A DNA stretch of 64,000 nt from a bacterium (lineage in GTDB: Bacteria; Hinthialibacterota; Hinthialibacteria; Hinthialibacterales; Hinthialibacteraceae): assembly GCA_963662285.2 (NCBI GenBank), contig CAXXMV010000008.1:1216001-1280000 (forward strand), read 5' to 3'. The notes below the pieces were generated by a model. That model had not been told where the DNA came from and did not search any database. It saw nothing but the letters and a program-made list of their open reading frames with translations. Below, piece by piece: positions 18,580 to 29,524 of this stretch. Position 1 is the stretch's first letter. The number at the start of each line of letters is the position of its first letter. Both the position numbers and the translations under genes were made by a program.

Positions 18580-20736
18580 TTAGCGCAGCATTCCAAGCTG
18601 ATTTCGTTCCTCACATTCCTGCAGGCCGATACGGTCAAACGGGATCGGTTTGAATCCTGTTTCCCAGGCGGGTGAATCCTTTGGCAGTTGGAAACCGGTC
18701 TTTGGTTCTCCAATCTGTTTCCGGTCGTTGGTCACAAAGTTACCATGAATATCAAATAGTGTCTCTTGCGCATGCCAGGTGATATCGATCCAGTCACCCA
18801 TACAAACATTGTGAGCAATCACATTGCCTTCAGGCGGAACGCCCGTGAAGGCGTAACCAGCGATGGCGGCGCCGCCGGGTGAACCGTAATAGGCGTCAAG
18901 AGTCTTCATTTCGGGATAGCGCTTCCGGTATAGATCGAGAGGAACAGAGTTCAATCTGTCGCGCATGGTTTTATCCACCATATCGCGCCAAACCTGACTT
19001 GTATCCAGGCCACGGCCATCCGCCCGAACTGCTGGATCGCAGTCCACAAAAAGATTGTTTTCGACGTGATGATCGCGTCCGCCGCCAATAAACATCGCCC
19101 AATGAGCCTTATAGAACACATTGCCGAACACTTCCGTCCCGCTTACGCAATCATCCATATACACACCCATTGATCCCATTCCCACGCCGCCGGTTTCGTG
19201 GATGTAATTATGACGGATGCGGTTGCCCCGGAATGTATAGTCCCGTCCTGTGTAGATTGCGCCGACATCACCAGTCTCCAAAGCTATGTGATGGATGTCG
19301 TTAAATTCAATGAGATGATCATTGCCCCAAAACAGGATGGCGCAATGGGGATGGTCATGAATTAGATTGTTCGACGCGCGCAAGCCAACTCCGGTCATGG
19401 AGACAGCGGGCACATAGCATTTCGACCAGCGTCCCAATCGAGCGAAATGGCTGTTCTCCACATAATGACCGCCGGGGGTGAGTGTTTGACGGTCTCCGCC
19501 CTCTAAACTGACGCCTCCGTCTCCTGTATCAAAAATATCGCAGTTTTGCACTCCGTGGTTTTTGCCATTGTTAATCGTGACAGCCCAGTCGCCGATATTG
19601 CGTAACAAACAACCCGCAATCTGATCGCTTTCTCCACCGTTTATCTCGATAGCGTTTCCCCGGGTTCCTTCAAACAAAATACCGCGTAAAGTGATATGGC
19701 TTGCGTCTTTAAGTATTACAAGGGGCCGTTCCAATAGTGAAAATAACGCTTCGCCGGATTCAATCGGGCTGGGAGGCCAGAAATAGAGTATGCCCGCCTT
19801 TTTGTCCACATACCACTCGCCGGGCTCGTCAAGTTCCTCCATGATGTTGAGGAAATAAAAACGCTGTTTTTTGTTAAATCCATAATTCCCATAAGGTTCC
19901 GCCGTTCGAAGGAATCGGCGCGTCACGTCTAATTCGGCGATCCGCTCATAACTGTTTGCCCAGTCATAAGCCCAATAACCATGAATCCAAATGTTTTCCT
20001 TGCTCTTCCATCGTGAGGGCCGGTCGCTTTCATAAAAGAATCCTCCCTCAAGCGATCCGATGTTCGTTCCGTGGCCGTCGTCTGAGCCTGTCTCTCTGGG
20101 AAAGTCTTGGATGTGTTCCCAATTACCCGCATTCGGCCATCGCGCCAGTGTCATCGGACGACTGTCAAAAAACAACTCTCCATGAGCGGGCAGAGTCAGC
20201 CTGCCGAATCCGCGTGATTTCAACGCGCCTAAATCATGGATGCCCTGGATGCGTAGATCGGCCTGCAGAACGTTGTTACTCGCAGATTCGTCGAGACGCG
20301 CGCGAATGTCAGCATCCATCACCTTTTTGAATCCCTTAAGAACACGCCCACCGAGTATTCGCACATGTTCGTTTTTGTAAGCGCGCCACACAATGGGCGC
20401 ATCAGGCGTTCCCGAATCTTCGGCTGAAAGTTCCAGTGATTTGCTTCTGATATAGTCGCCGCCGCGAAGCCAGATGGTTAAACCGTTATCGGGCAGGACT
20501 GCATTACGCTTGATTTCCCGTACCGCGTCACGGGCTCGTTCCAGCGTAGCAAATGGTTTTTGCTCCGTCCCTGCATTATGATCGTCTCCCTTGGGCGATA
20601 CGAAGATATCCGCGTTAGCGGTTATGCTTAAAAGCCATAACGCCAAAATCACCATGAAACTCAGCGTTTTCGAAGAATGCTTAATCTCATATCTTTTTTC
20701 AGACAAACACGATCTGTCACAATACGTTATCTTCAT
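18580..20736 (-). CDS. Secreted right-handed parallel beta-helix protein (GH141-like glycan enzyme)
   Basis: Signal peptide, FVSPKGDD..PFATLERARD, LRGGDY, LARWPN, ELDEPGEWY, DVGAIY, GVYMDD repeats. Confidence 0.8.
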   Translation of the reverse strand: MKITYCDRSCLSEKRYEIKHSSKTLSFMVILALWLLSITANADIFVSPKGDDHNAGTEQKPFATLERARDAVREIKRNAVLPDNGLTIWLRGGDYIRSKSLELSAEDSGTPDAPIVWRAYKNEHVRILGGRVLKGFKKVMDADIRARLDESASNNVLQADLRIQGIHDLGALKSRGFGRLTLPAHGELFFDSRPMTLARWPNAGNWEHIQDFPRETGSDDGHGTNIGSLEGGFFYESDRPSRWKSKENIWIHGYWAYDWANSYERIAELDVTRRFLRTAEPYGNYGFNKKQRFYFLNIMEELDEPGEWYVDKKAGILYFWPPSPIESGEALFSLLERPLVILKDASHITLRGILFEGTRGNAIEINGGESDQIAGCLLRNIGDWAVTINNGKNHGVQNCDIFDTGDGGVSLEGGDRQTLTPGGHYVENSHFARLGRWSKCYVPAVSMTGVGLRASNNLIHDHPHCAILFWGNDHLIEFNDIHHIALETGDVGAIYTGRDYTFRGNRIRHNYIHETGGVGMGSMGVYMDDCVSGTEVFGNVFYKAHWAMFIGGGRDHHVENNLFVDCDPAVRADGRGLDTSQVWRDMVDKTMRDRLNSVPLDLYRKRYPEMKTLDAYYGSPGGAAIAGYAFTGVPPEGNVIAHNVCMGDWIDITWHAQETLFDIHGNFVTNDRKQIGEPKTGFQLPKDSPAWETGFKPIPFDRIGLQECEERNQLGMLR

Positions 20737-20826
20737 TTGGATATCGTCTCCCTTTTGTTTGTTCCCGAGTCATGGATCAATCACAGATTGTGAATTGAAA
20801 GATTTAACTTATTTGTTAACATCCGG

Positions 20827-22728
20827 TCATTTTAATGCATCAGCATTGTACTGATCATATCCCTCTTCCATCCATTTCCAAATCGCCTCATTCCATTGTC
20901 CGACGCGTTTTTTCTCCTGTTCTGTCTGTGCGAATGATTGAGCTTTATTTATCAGAGCGCCAAGTTGATTCATTCGATCTGCTGTTCCCAAGCGCGTCCA
21001 AGCGACATTTTTCCAATCGATGCCGTTGCGCTTATACAGAGGCGGCGGATAGTTCTTGGGATTGCAGGCGATCTCTTCAATTAGTCGATAAAATTTCTCC
21101 ATCGGTTCTGCAGCCGCGCCGAAATACCGGACAAAAAATTCATTCAAGATGGCGTCCTCATTCTGGTCTGGATCATCCCAAATTTTAGCGATCACATATC
21201 CTTCCAGCATGTCCTGTTCGCCGCACACGAAAATCCCCCGAACGCCGTCTTTGATGAACATCCTCATTGTCCGCACGGACTCATGCACCATCATGTTAGG
21301 GAAACATTTCCATTTGTAAATCAAAGCCGGTTCCATCGGATGATGGTAGTAGTTCCATAGAAAGATCGGTGCTTTGGTTTTTTTCAACCAATCCTTATAT
21401 AGTTTCATATCGTTTTCGCGAATCTCTTCATGAATGGCGTAAAGGCACGTGTGCAGACAGGGAGCAACAGATACATTAGGCTCAATATCGAAACCTTGGG
21501 GCGGCAAGGCGTAGTTCCAATAAGCGAGCGTCGCGATGTATTTATCGGGATGAGTTTTACGCACTTCCCTTGCAACGGCGTTTACGAAGGAAAAGAAATA
21601 GTTGCTGACCGTGCCGCTGCTGAACTGGCCGGTATTCATGTCCTTACCTGAGTTCAACAACGCCTTGCACCGTTCGCATTGGCAAAAGTTCGAATTGTCA
21701 TCCGGAACAATCGCGAAATAATCACCTACCGCTTTCCAGCCCTCGGGTGCGTTCTTCTTGCCATCAAAGAAATCCCTCGCCTTCTGAGCAACTTCTTCGA
21801 TCAGCAACGGATTGGTATAACAGAGTTGCGTTCCACGACCCGGTCCTTGCGCTTGGTACGCTGGATTTTTGAACATGGCTTGAATGGTCTTGGGGTGGAA
21901 CGTGTGGTTCCCTGCCCATTTCTCCCCGCCAAGACGCAAGCGCCGCCAAAACAGATATTTCTCAGATTGTGTTGTGGAGCCCCACTGGCCTTTCATGAAC
22001 GGCCAATTGCCCGCCCAAAGAGCATCGCGATATTTTAGGGCTGGAGATCGTCGGATGTCTGTTCCCTTGACCGTAAGCGATGACTGCGAGGGAATAACGA
22101 CGCTCGAGTCGTTTGGCCCATACCAGCGCACATTACAGAACTGTTCGATGAAATGATAGGCGGCGTAACACGTCCCTTGGTCGTCGTAAACTCCCGGAAG
22201 TTCCATCTCGCCCGTGCTGCGCTCCGGATATCCTACGGTTTTCCAGTAATCAATACGCTGCCGGGTATCTTCCAGAGTATTCCCGCAATTCATCGGACGG
22301 CCGAATTCTCGCCGATTAGCCGCTGTATCCTCCCAATCGCGCCCAATAAGGATCAACGTGTTTGTCCGAAAAGCAATGAGGTATTCCTGCGGAGCAAAAT
22401 CTTCCCCTTTAATCCCCAACTCACGTGTGGCCGCGCTTTCTCCAACGAGCACACGGGTTCCTTCGATTTTTTCACGATCGGTGCGAATAGGCAATTCTGC
22501 ACCCGTAATCTTGAGAATGTGGAATTGAAGTTCTAACGCCGCAAGATGCGCCGCCGGTGTCGGATTTTCCGAAACGACAATAGAGCACGCAGGTTCACTA
22601 TTGCGCGTCAGACAAAATTCGGAATCTGCATATTCTGAGTTCGCATGCAGGGTGAATCCAGCGAATAAAGCGCCTATCAGTATACTCAGACACAGAATGA
22701 ATGATGTTGTTGATTTGACCATTTCCAA
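20827..22728 (-). CDS. Secreted DUF4838-like protein
   Basis: Signal peptide, AALELQFHILKITGAEL, GTCYAAYHF..VRWY, QLCYTNP, PDDN..FCQC..C, TLAY. Confidence 0.7.
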   Translation of the reverse strand: MEMVKSTTSFILCLSILIGALFAGFTLHANSEYADSEFCLTRNSEPACSIVVSENPTPAAHLAALELQFHILKITGAELPIRTDREKIEGTRVLVGESAATRELGIKGEDFAPQEYLIAFRTNTLILIGRDWEDTAANRREFGRPMNCGNTLEDTRQRIDYWKTVGYPERSTGEMELPGVYDDQGTCYAAYHFIEQFCNVRWYGPNDSSVVIPSQSSLTVKGTDIRRSPALKYRDALWAGNWPFMKGQWGSTTQSEKYLFWRRLRLGGEKWAGNHTFHPKTIQAMFKNPAYQAQGPGRGTQLCYTNPLLIEEVAQKARDFFDGKKNAPEGWKAVGDYFAIVPDDNSNFCQCERCKALLNSGKDMNTGQFSSGTVSNYFFSFVNAVAREVRKTHPDKYIATLAYWNYALPPQGFDIEPNVSVAPCLHTCLYAIHEEIRENDMKLYKDWLKKTKAPIFLWNYYHHPMEPALIYKWKCFPNMMVHESVRTMRMFIKDGVRGIFVCGEQDMLEGYVIAKIWDDPDQNEDAILNEFFVRYFGAAAEPMEKFYRLIEEIACNPKNYPPPLYKRNGIDWKNVAWTRLGTADRMNQLGALINKAQSFAQTEQEKKRVGQWNEAIWKWMEEGYDQYNADALK

Positions 22729-22864
22729 GGCTCTTCGAAATTACGTTTTCCCAAAACAGTTTTGATTATACGATTTGCTTTAACAGTCACAACCAATCTT
22801 CCATCATACCAAATCACCTTTACAATAGTTCAATTTTCAACTCATAATAACCATAGATTTCTTA

Positions 22865-23842
22865 TTGGATACACTCAATCAGCAAAAAGGCGGATTTCAG
22901 TGTAACGAGGAGACACCCTTGCAATGCGATTTATTGATCATCGATGAGATGTCGATGGTGGACACGATCCTGATGCATCACCTGCTCAAAGCCATTCCTC
23001 TTCAAGCGACTTTTTTGATGGTGGGGGACATCAACCAATTACCTTCCGTTGGCGCGGGGAACGTTCTACGAGACATCATAACTTCGGGAAGGATTCCAGT
23101 AGTCGAACTCAATGAGATATTCAGACAAGCAAAATCGAGCTCAATTATTGTCAACGCCCACATGATTAACGCCGGCAAGGCGCCAATCCTGAAAAAAGAT
23201 AACGAGGAGTTGGACGATTTTTATTTTATCGAACAGGAAAATCCGGAAACGGTGATTCAAACGATCAAAAAATTAGTTAAGGAACGCATCCCCAAGCGAT
23301 TTAATCTGAATCCAATCGACGAGATTCAGGTTCTCACGCCCATGCAAAAAGGCTCAGTAGGCGGAGTGAAAATGAACGCCGAACTGCAAGCCGCTTTGAA
23401 TCCGTCCACCCAGGAAATAACTCGCGGGGGCCGAACATTCCTGGCGGGCGATAAGGTCATGCAGATTAGGAACAATTACGATAAAGATATCTTCAATGGT
23501 GATATCGGCCGAATCCGGTCGATTGATTCTGAAATGCAAGAGGTCAAAATTGATTTTGATGGGAGGGAAATCACCTATGAATTCTCTGACCTCGATGAGA
23601 TCATATTGGCCTACGCCGTATCGGTACATAAATCGCAGGGCTCTGAATTCCCGGCGGTGGTGATTCCGTTACTGACCCAGCATTACGTCATGCTGCAGCG
23701 CAACTTGTTGTATACGGCGGTGACGCGGGGCAAGAAACTGGTGGTTCTGATCGGAACCAGAAAAGCTTTGGCGATCGCCGTGAAAAATGATAGGACGCAG
23801 AAGAGGTATTCGCATTTGAAAGAGAGATTAAGTCGAGCATAG
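22865..23842 (+). pseudogene. recD2: RecD2-like helicase, C-terminal fragment only
   Basis: LIIDEMSMVD, VGDINQLPSVGAG, IFRQA, FNGDIG, AYAVSVHKSQGSE, RNLLYTAVTRGK; Walker A and N-terminal domains absent. Confidence 0.8.
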
Positions 23843-23860
23843 TCAGGAAGGAAAAGTGAC

Positions 23861-24733
23861 GTGGGACCGATATCAAATAAACTGAAAAAGAAATTCTCAA
23901 ACAAAAAGAAATTGATTTTATTCGATGAAGTCAGGGAAATCGCATCCCAATCCGAGCAATTAGCGAATACAATCAAAACCCCGGATCGATTGAAAGATTA
24001 CGATCCGCTTCATGCGATTCATATCACCGCTCAAAATCTGGTTTCAGTTTTCGCCGAACAAATCTCAATACTCCCTGAATTAAAATTGTATCATAAAGAG
24101 GTTGCCAAAGCAGAAGATCGGTATATCCCGGGTTTCCCGCCGATAAGTCCTATTACGAATTCTTATTTTACCATGTGGGCTTTTTATGATTATTGTTTCG
24201 GCGACGATCGAGAGAGTATTGCAAGCATATTGCTCGATTTGTCCGGTATCTTGCACTTGAGCGCTGAGTGGTTGCAGGTTATTGAAACTCAAAAGCGCTC
24301 GTGTATGGGTGTTCACGAACATTGCGGTTTTTTCGAGGATAAAATCCTTTTGAAAACGTTGATAACCGGCGAAGAGCGGAAGTGTATATGCCCAGCAGGA
24401 TACAGAGGAGAGGAAGGAGAACTGTGGTTTGCCCGGATTGTTGACGCTCCGTTTTCCTGGCTGGATTATAGCGTGGTTTTTACGACTCCGTATCTTTTAC
24501 GGGGACATAACAAGGTTCAATGGTTAGAATATTTTGAGAGGAATGGGATTACGGAGAGCGATTCGGAGGCGCAACAGAACCTCCAGTTGTTCATGAAACA
24601 AGGCGACGCCATTTTTTATTGGCATGATTATATCCTGAATGGTTATGATGGATACCGAGATAATGTGATATTTCTTCGCGGCATTCCGGATATGCCAACC
24701 ACGTTGCCGCATGGTGGAATGTTTGTAGATTAA
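23861..24733 (+). CDS. Hypothetical protein
   Basis: 290 aa ORF, RBS-like AGGAAGG, in a co-directional run. Confidence 0.7.
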   Translation: MGPISNKLKKKFSNKKKLILFDEVREIASQSEQLANTIKTPDRLKDYDPLHAIHITAQNLVSVFAEQISILPELKLYHKEVAKAEDRYIPGFPPISPITNSYFTMWAFYDYCFGDDRESIASILLDLSGILHLSAEWLQVIETQKRSCMGVHEHCGFFEDKILLKTLITGEERKCICPAGYRGEEGELWFARIVDAPFSWLDYSVVFTTPYLLRGHNKVQWLEYFERNGITESDSEAQQNLQLFMKQGDAIFYWHDYILNGYDGYRDNVIFLRGIPDMPTTLPHGGMFVD

Positions 24734-24840
24734 AACAAATTTGCCGATCTTTTCGATTCTTGAAAGATGTTTCGGATCGTAATGAAGAACGATATGAATT
24801 GGAGAAAAAATCTTTCACTAACAGAATAAAGAACTAGATC

Positions 24841-25257
24841 ATGGAAAAGAAACGAATGCCCAAAACAAAGAAAGAATGGTTGACGGATATCGCTGAGGCA
24901 TATAAAGACGCAAGAGAGGCCATACCGTTTGGAAAATTTTCTCTTGGGAGGCCTTTAAAAGAAGATGAACTCTTTCATCTAGCGCCTCAAGTGTGTTTTA
25001 AATTTCGGGGAATCAAAGCATCGGAGAAAAGAAAGAACGAAATCGTTGAAGGGACGTTGGCGAGTTATATTGCAACTATGGACGGTGGAGAGGGTGGCAA
25101 TATTTTGAAAGAATCGCCAATGTTTGGTTTTTGTTTTTGTTACCTTGCAGCCCACTATGTCGCCGATCTGCTCGAGGATGAAAAAGTCGCCGCCATTATG
25201 GATTATTGTGTGGAAAGAGTAGAAACTTTAGAATCTTTAATCTCTGATAACGTTTAG
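24841..25257 (+). CDS. Hypothetical protein
   Basis: 138 aa ATG ORF in the same run. Confidence 0.65.
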   Translation: MEKKRMPKTKKEWLTDIAEAYKDAREAIPFGKFSLGRPLKEDELFHLAPQVCFKFRGIKASEKRKNEIVEGTLASYIATMDGGEGGNILKESPMFGFCFCYLAAHYVADLLEDEKVAAIMDYCVERVETLESLISDNV

Positions 25258-25267
25258 GGGATGAGCG

Positions 25268-25582
25268 ATGTGGATAATCGACATACGCCATTGGATAGAT
25301 GAAGAAACAGAAGAGGCTGCCGCGCCACAGTTATCTTCCAACGTAAAAGGACTAAAAGAGGTCATCCATTTTGCGACCTCAAAAGCCGCTGGCATTGACG
25401 CAGAATTACCCCGCTGCTGGCATCCAGAAAATAAACGTTGTGATGGTTATCTCATTGCGGAGATCGTCAGTCCGGAACGAATTCATTGGGCATGCACGGT
25501 TTGTGAATTTGAGGGTGAAGTGTCTGGGTGGAGAGAGTTGAGATGCAACAACTTGCGTTCCAATCAAAAACGGTTGCATTAA
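25268..25582 (+). CDS. Hypothetical protein, possible Zn-ribbon
   Basis: C-x6-C ... WACTVC; 10 bp after the previous gene. Confidence 0.65.
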   Translation: MWIIDIRHWIDEETEEAAAPQLSSNVKGLKEVIHFATSKAAGIDAELPRCWHPENKRCDGYLIAEIVSPERIHWACTVCEFEGEVSGWRELRCNNLRSNQKRLH

Positions 25583-25588
25583 GGGAAA

Positions 25589-25987
25589 TCAAAGATATTG
25601 ATCGATGTTTTCAACGTTGTTGTTCTGGTCAAGTGATGGAATCGAATCCTCCGATCCCTGGCTGTCAACACGATTTTGTTCGTTCGTGTGTACATAGGTT
25701 TTCTGCATCTGTTTTTTTAATCTACTCCCGGGCCGAAAGGTTGGAACAACCCGTTCAGGTAGATTTATTTCTTGCCGTGATGTCGGATGTAGAATTTTTC
25801 GTGCTTTACGCTTCACAGGCAGGAACGATCCAAATCCAACTAATACAATTCGCTCGCCTCTCAAAAGCCCCTCCGAAATCAGATCAAGAATTTTGGAAAT
25901 GATTCGCGTCGATCCTTCCAGTGTCAAATTAAATTCCTCAGAAATACTTTTGGCCAGCAGATATTTGTTTAATGTTCTCTTTGTCAT
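25589..25987 (-). CDS. HU/IHF-family DNA-binding protein
   Basis: LNKYLLAKSI, GERIVLVGFGSF..RKARKILHP....I.LP..VPTFRPG; start trimmed to ATG 25987. Confidence 0.85.
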   Translation of the reverse strand: MTKRTLNKYLLAKSISEEFNLTLEGSTRIISKILDLISEGLLRGERIVLVGFGSFLPVKRKARKILHPTSRQEINLPERVVPTFRPGSRLKKQMQKTYVHTNEQNRVDSQGSEDSIPSLDQNNNVENIDQYL

Positions 25988-26099
25988 ATCAGAGATTATA
26001 ATCGAGGGCTTTATATAATTTTCGGTAAGAAATAGTGCTTGAATAAAAGAAACGTTCCCCTCATCGGTTGTCTGATCTATCGAAGACAACCGACTCGAG

Positions 26100-26471
26100 G
26101 TGATAAAAATAGGAACAAGAGCAATTGTAACGGAAAATAATGAAGTATTGATGGCAATACATTGGGATGGATATCCGGAATGTTTTGGAAGAGAACTTCT
26201 TGAATGCAAGAACTATGCGGAAATTTTTGAATTAGGAAAGAAGCATTCCATTAATTTTCTATCCGAAAAAATGAAGTCCTATCTTCAAATAGATGGACCA
26301 ACCAAAGATTCCAAGTCTCGAAATTCAAAAAAAGAAACTCAATACGCGGATTATCCTGAATGGCAATATGAAAAGATAGGCAATGTTTGGATGTGTCGGC
26401 CTGTAAAGGGATTCTGGCCTGACAGCCGTCCGAAAGATGAATATAAACCGGTGGTTTCTTATCTCTTCTAA
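26100..26471 (+). CDS. Hypothetical protein (GTR...HWDGYP type, MGE-associated)
   Basis: GTRAIV...HWDGYPE..G motif. Confidence 0.6.
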   Translation: MIKIGTRAIVTENNEVLMAIHWDGYPECFGRELLECKNYAEIFELGKKHSINFLSEKMKSYLQIDGPTKDSKSRNSKKETQYADYPEWQYEKIGNVWMCRPVKGFWPDSRPKDEYKPVVSYLF

Positions 26472-26622
26472 TCCGGAATAAACAATCATTTTTCGCTGGA
26501 ATTTGGGATTTTCAGGTTTCTTTACGATAAGGGAAAAGATTCAACAAAAATTCAAATTTTATAATAATAATCCATTATTTCTGCCTATCTTAATAAATGA
26601 ATCCATTCATTGAGGAGAAATC

Positions 26623-27438
26623 ATGAACGTTAAAGAAAAGTACCTTAACTATCGGAATGGGAACAATTTAAAGGTTGGGAAATTTAATGATCGTGTTAAA
26701 TTGCAACATTTTCTGCGTGACAATCTTGATGCTATTTGGAATGAAAATCCAAAGTTCACCTATGGTGGCTTAATCAGAAACAACATGACGGAGTATGCGA
26801 TCGCTTTCGCGTATTATGATTGCCGTCCTACCCAATTTTGCCGTACGCGCTGCTATGGACTGCGGATTAGTGGAATACATGATTATTACATGCTTCGTTT
26901 AGGCGTGCTCACTTCCGAATCCTTAAAAACAGGAGATTCACGATACTTAAATCCTGTGATGGATAAAATCCGCTCGCTCAATTACATCAAAATCGGACAT
27001 TGGGGCGATGCCACATTAGAGCAAATACCCGTTCTTGAGTCGATAATCAGCAATAATCCGAATACGACTTTTTGGTGGTACACGCGGAAAATCGAAATCG
27101 CTCTTGCCGCAAACGCATTGGGACTCTCAAACCTTCGTTGTTATCTGAGTCTTGATCCCACATCGAAATATCCTGCCAGGGAAGAATATTCCTATGGGAT
27201 TACTTATACGCTAGGAGACGGTCTCCTTCATGAAGAGCATGATCAGATCATCAATGACAATCGTTTGATTACAATATTTCCAAAAAAGAAAGGAAAATCC
27301 ATTGAAAATCCAATCGTATATGGGATAGAGAACCACTCGAAGATTTGCAAAGAGAAAAAGATGGAATCATCCCGTAAAAAAGATTTTTGGATTTGCCATT
27401 CCTGTTGTGGCAGGTGCAATTTTCTACCTGAGTTATAA
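26623..27438 (+). CDS. GP88-family-like protein (atypical radical-SAM-like)
   Basis: C-x5-C-x3-CY (CRPTQFCRTRCY), KIGHWGD, FWWYTRK, LSLD, C-terminal CHSCCGRC. Confidence 0.6.
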   Translation: MNVKEKYLNYRNGNNLKVGKFNDRVKLQHFLRDNLDAIWNENPKFTYGGLIRNNMTEYAIAFAYYDCRPTQFCRTRCYGLRISGIHDYYMLRLGVLTSESLKTGDSRYLNPVMDKIRSLNYIKIGHWGDATLEQIPVLESIISNNPNTTFWWYTRKIEIALAANALGLSNLRCYLSLDPTSKYPAREEYSYGITYTLGDGLLHEEHDQIINDNRLITIFPKKKGKSIENPIVYGIENHSKICKEKKMESSRKKDFWICHSCCGRCNFLPEL

Positions 27439-27469
27439 ATGATCATCACGGTTATAAGGAGATTTTAAA

Positions 27470-28189
27470 ATGTCTAAGATCGAATGGACTGAAAAAACTT
27501 GGAATCCCACTACTGGTTGCAGTCGTATTAGTAGTAGATGTCAGCATTGCTATGCGCAAAAGATGGCGAGAAGACTCAAGGCGATGGGGCAACCGAAATA
27601 TCGAGAGGGCTTTGATGTGGTATATCACAGAAAAGAATTGGAACGTCCCGCGTCGTGGAAAAAACCTAACATGGTGTTCGTGAATTCGATGAGTGATCTT
27701 TTCCACAAAGAAATCCCCGTGTCTTTTGTTCAAGACGTATTCGAGACCATGAATAGTACGGATCTCCATACCTATCAAGTGCTAACGAAACGTTCTGATC
27801 GTTTGCTGGAAATGAACGACGATTTGAAATGGAATAGAAATATCTGGATGGGGGTAAGCGTCGAAAACGCTCAGTACCAACATCGTATAGAAGATCTTCG
27901 GCAAACCAACGCTTCTGTAAAATTCTTATCATTGGAACCTTTACTCGGGCCACTGCATGATTTGAACCTGGAAGGAATCGATTGGGTAATCGTCGGTGGA
28001 GAATCCGGCCCAGGATTTCGTCTAATGAAACCAGAATGGGTACGCTCTATTCGCGATCTATGCGTTAAAACGATTACGCCATTCTTTTTCAAACAGTGGG
28101 GCGGTGTTAACAAAAAGAAAGCCGGTCGTATATTGGATGGGAGAACCTGGGATGAGATGCCAGCAGTTGTTACAAGTCGAATAAATTAG
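27470..28189 (+). CDS. DUF5131 (phage Gp37/Gp68) three-Cys radical-SAM-like protein
   Basis: IEWTEKTWNPTTGCSRISSRCQHCYA, FVNSMSDLFH, LTKR, WVIVGGESG, FFFKQWGG. Confidence 0.9.
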   Translation: MSKIEWTEKTWNPTTGCSRISSRCQHCYAQKMARRLKAMGQPKYREGFDVVYHRKELERPASWKKPNMVFVNSMSDLFHKEIPVSFVQDVFETMNSTDLHTYQVLTKRSDRLLEMNDDLKWNRNIWMGVSVENAQYQHRIEDLRQTNASVKFLSLEPLLGPLHDLNLEGIDWVIVGGESGPGFRLMKPEWVRSIRDLCVKTITPFFFKQWGGVNKKKAGRILDGRTWDEMPAVVTSRIN

Positions 28190-28213
28190 GGTATTTATCT
28201 ATTTTAGATGGTA

Positions 28214-28236
28214 TACGGATGCAAAAGAAGTGTACT
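28214..28236 (+). repeat. Candidate attL (23-bp direct repeat, copy 1)
   Basis: TACGGATGCAAAAGAAGTGTACT; matches 57426-57448 at 22/23. Confidence 0.7.
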
Positions 28237-28417
28237 GACTTCGATATTATCTAATATATAATTTAATATCTAAGTCGATAATTGCATATGAATCAGGGAA
28301 TTACCCGCAATTATTCAGTAATTATTTTCAAAAATCAGTTGAATCCATTTTCTCCAAAAATCCCCTTAAAATAGAAAATTTGTTGTGATACGTTGTACCT
28401 TGATAAGGAGGCGAATC

Positions 28418-29524
28418 ATGGATAATCAAACCTCAAAAAAGAGGTCGAAACGGGTTTATGGAACTGGTTGTTTGTACCAACGAAAGGGCTTTTGGTACGT
28501 GAGCATTCGGCACGAAGGCAAGCAACTGGTAAGGGCGGTTGTAGAACCAGTCACCAAGCAAAGGGCGACTAATAAAATTCAGGCGGAACATTGGGCGCAG
28601 GAAATGATTTATCGCATAACTCATGGAGAAATGGGGATTCCACAGGAGCGAATCAAAAAAAGTAAACTCATTCTCTTGACAGGCCTGGATGAAGTTTACT
28701 GTCAAGCGTTTGAACATCAATGGGATTCAAAGAGAAAGCGGCACCATCGAGTTGTTTTGGATCGATTCATCAAACACTTTCCCTATGTTCGGGATATTAC
28801 TCACGAATCACTGGGGCAATATGCGGCTGAAAGAAAGAGTGCATCGATTCGTGGTTCTGAACGTTCGCCTGGAACCATTAACCGGGAACTCTCTGAATTG
28901 CGAAGGCTCCTGAATTGGGCGATTCAGACCGATATTCTTGAAAAGAACCCACTTCATGGATTTCCGTTTTTGAAAGAAGATAATCATCGAGAACGGATTT
29001 TGACAGACGCCGAATTAGAGCGCTTACTGACAACTCTCAAGAAAAAAGAATTTGCGGATTTCCGTCCGAATGTCATTATGGCACTATACACGGGGATGCG
29101 CCGGGGAGAGATACTGAATTTAAAATGGACTGATATTGATGAGACGAAAATGGAAATCGATCTCTTGAAAACAAAAAGTGGAAAACGGCGGAGGATTCCC
29201 ATTCCGGATATTGTATGGAAAGAACTCAAGAAACTTCCGAGGAATTCTGAATACGTTTTTCCTTCACCGACTAAACCGAATCAACCACGCAAGAAAATTT
29301 GGGATCGATGGACGGCGCTATTAAAGGTAAGCAAAATCGAAAATTTCCGTTACCATGATCTAAGGCACACATGTGCGTCACGTTTGCTGGCGAATGGTGC
29401 AGACTTGGCGGTTGTCAAGGAAATTCTGGGTCACACGACGATCGTTACGACGAGCCGTTATTTGAATGTGCTGCAGGAGGAAAAAAAGATTGCTTTACGT
29501 AACTTAGAACAAAATGTGAGTTAG
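28418..29524 (+). CDS. Tyrosine recombinase / phage-type integrase
   Basis: TGMRRGE (R), TKSGK, HDLRH (HxxR), LGH..TTSRY; AAGGAGG RBS before ATG 28418. Confidence 0.92.
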   Translation: MDNQTSKKRSKRVYGTGCLYQRKGFWYVSIRHEGKQLVRAVVEPVTKQRATNKIQAEHWAQEMIYRITHGEMGIPQERIKKSKLILLTGLDEVYCQAFEHQWDSKRKRHHRVVLDRFIKHFPYVRDITHESLGQYAAERKSASIRGSERSPGTINRELSELRRLLNWAIQTDILEKNPLHGFPFLKEDNHRERILTDAELERLLTTLKKKEFADFRPNVIMALYTGMRRGEILNLKWTDIDETKMEIDLLKTKSGKRRRIPIPDIVWKELKKLPRNSEYVFPSPTKPNQPRKKIWDRWTALLKVSKIENFRYHDLRHTCASRLLANGADLAVVKEILGHTTIVTTSRYLNVLQEEKKIALRNLEQNVS

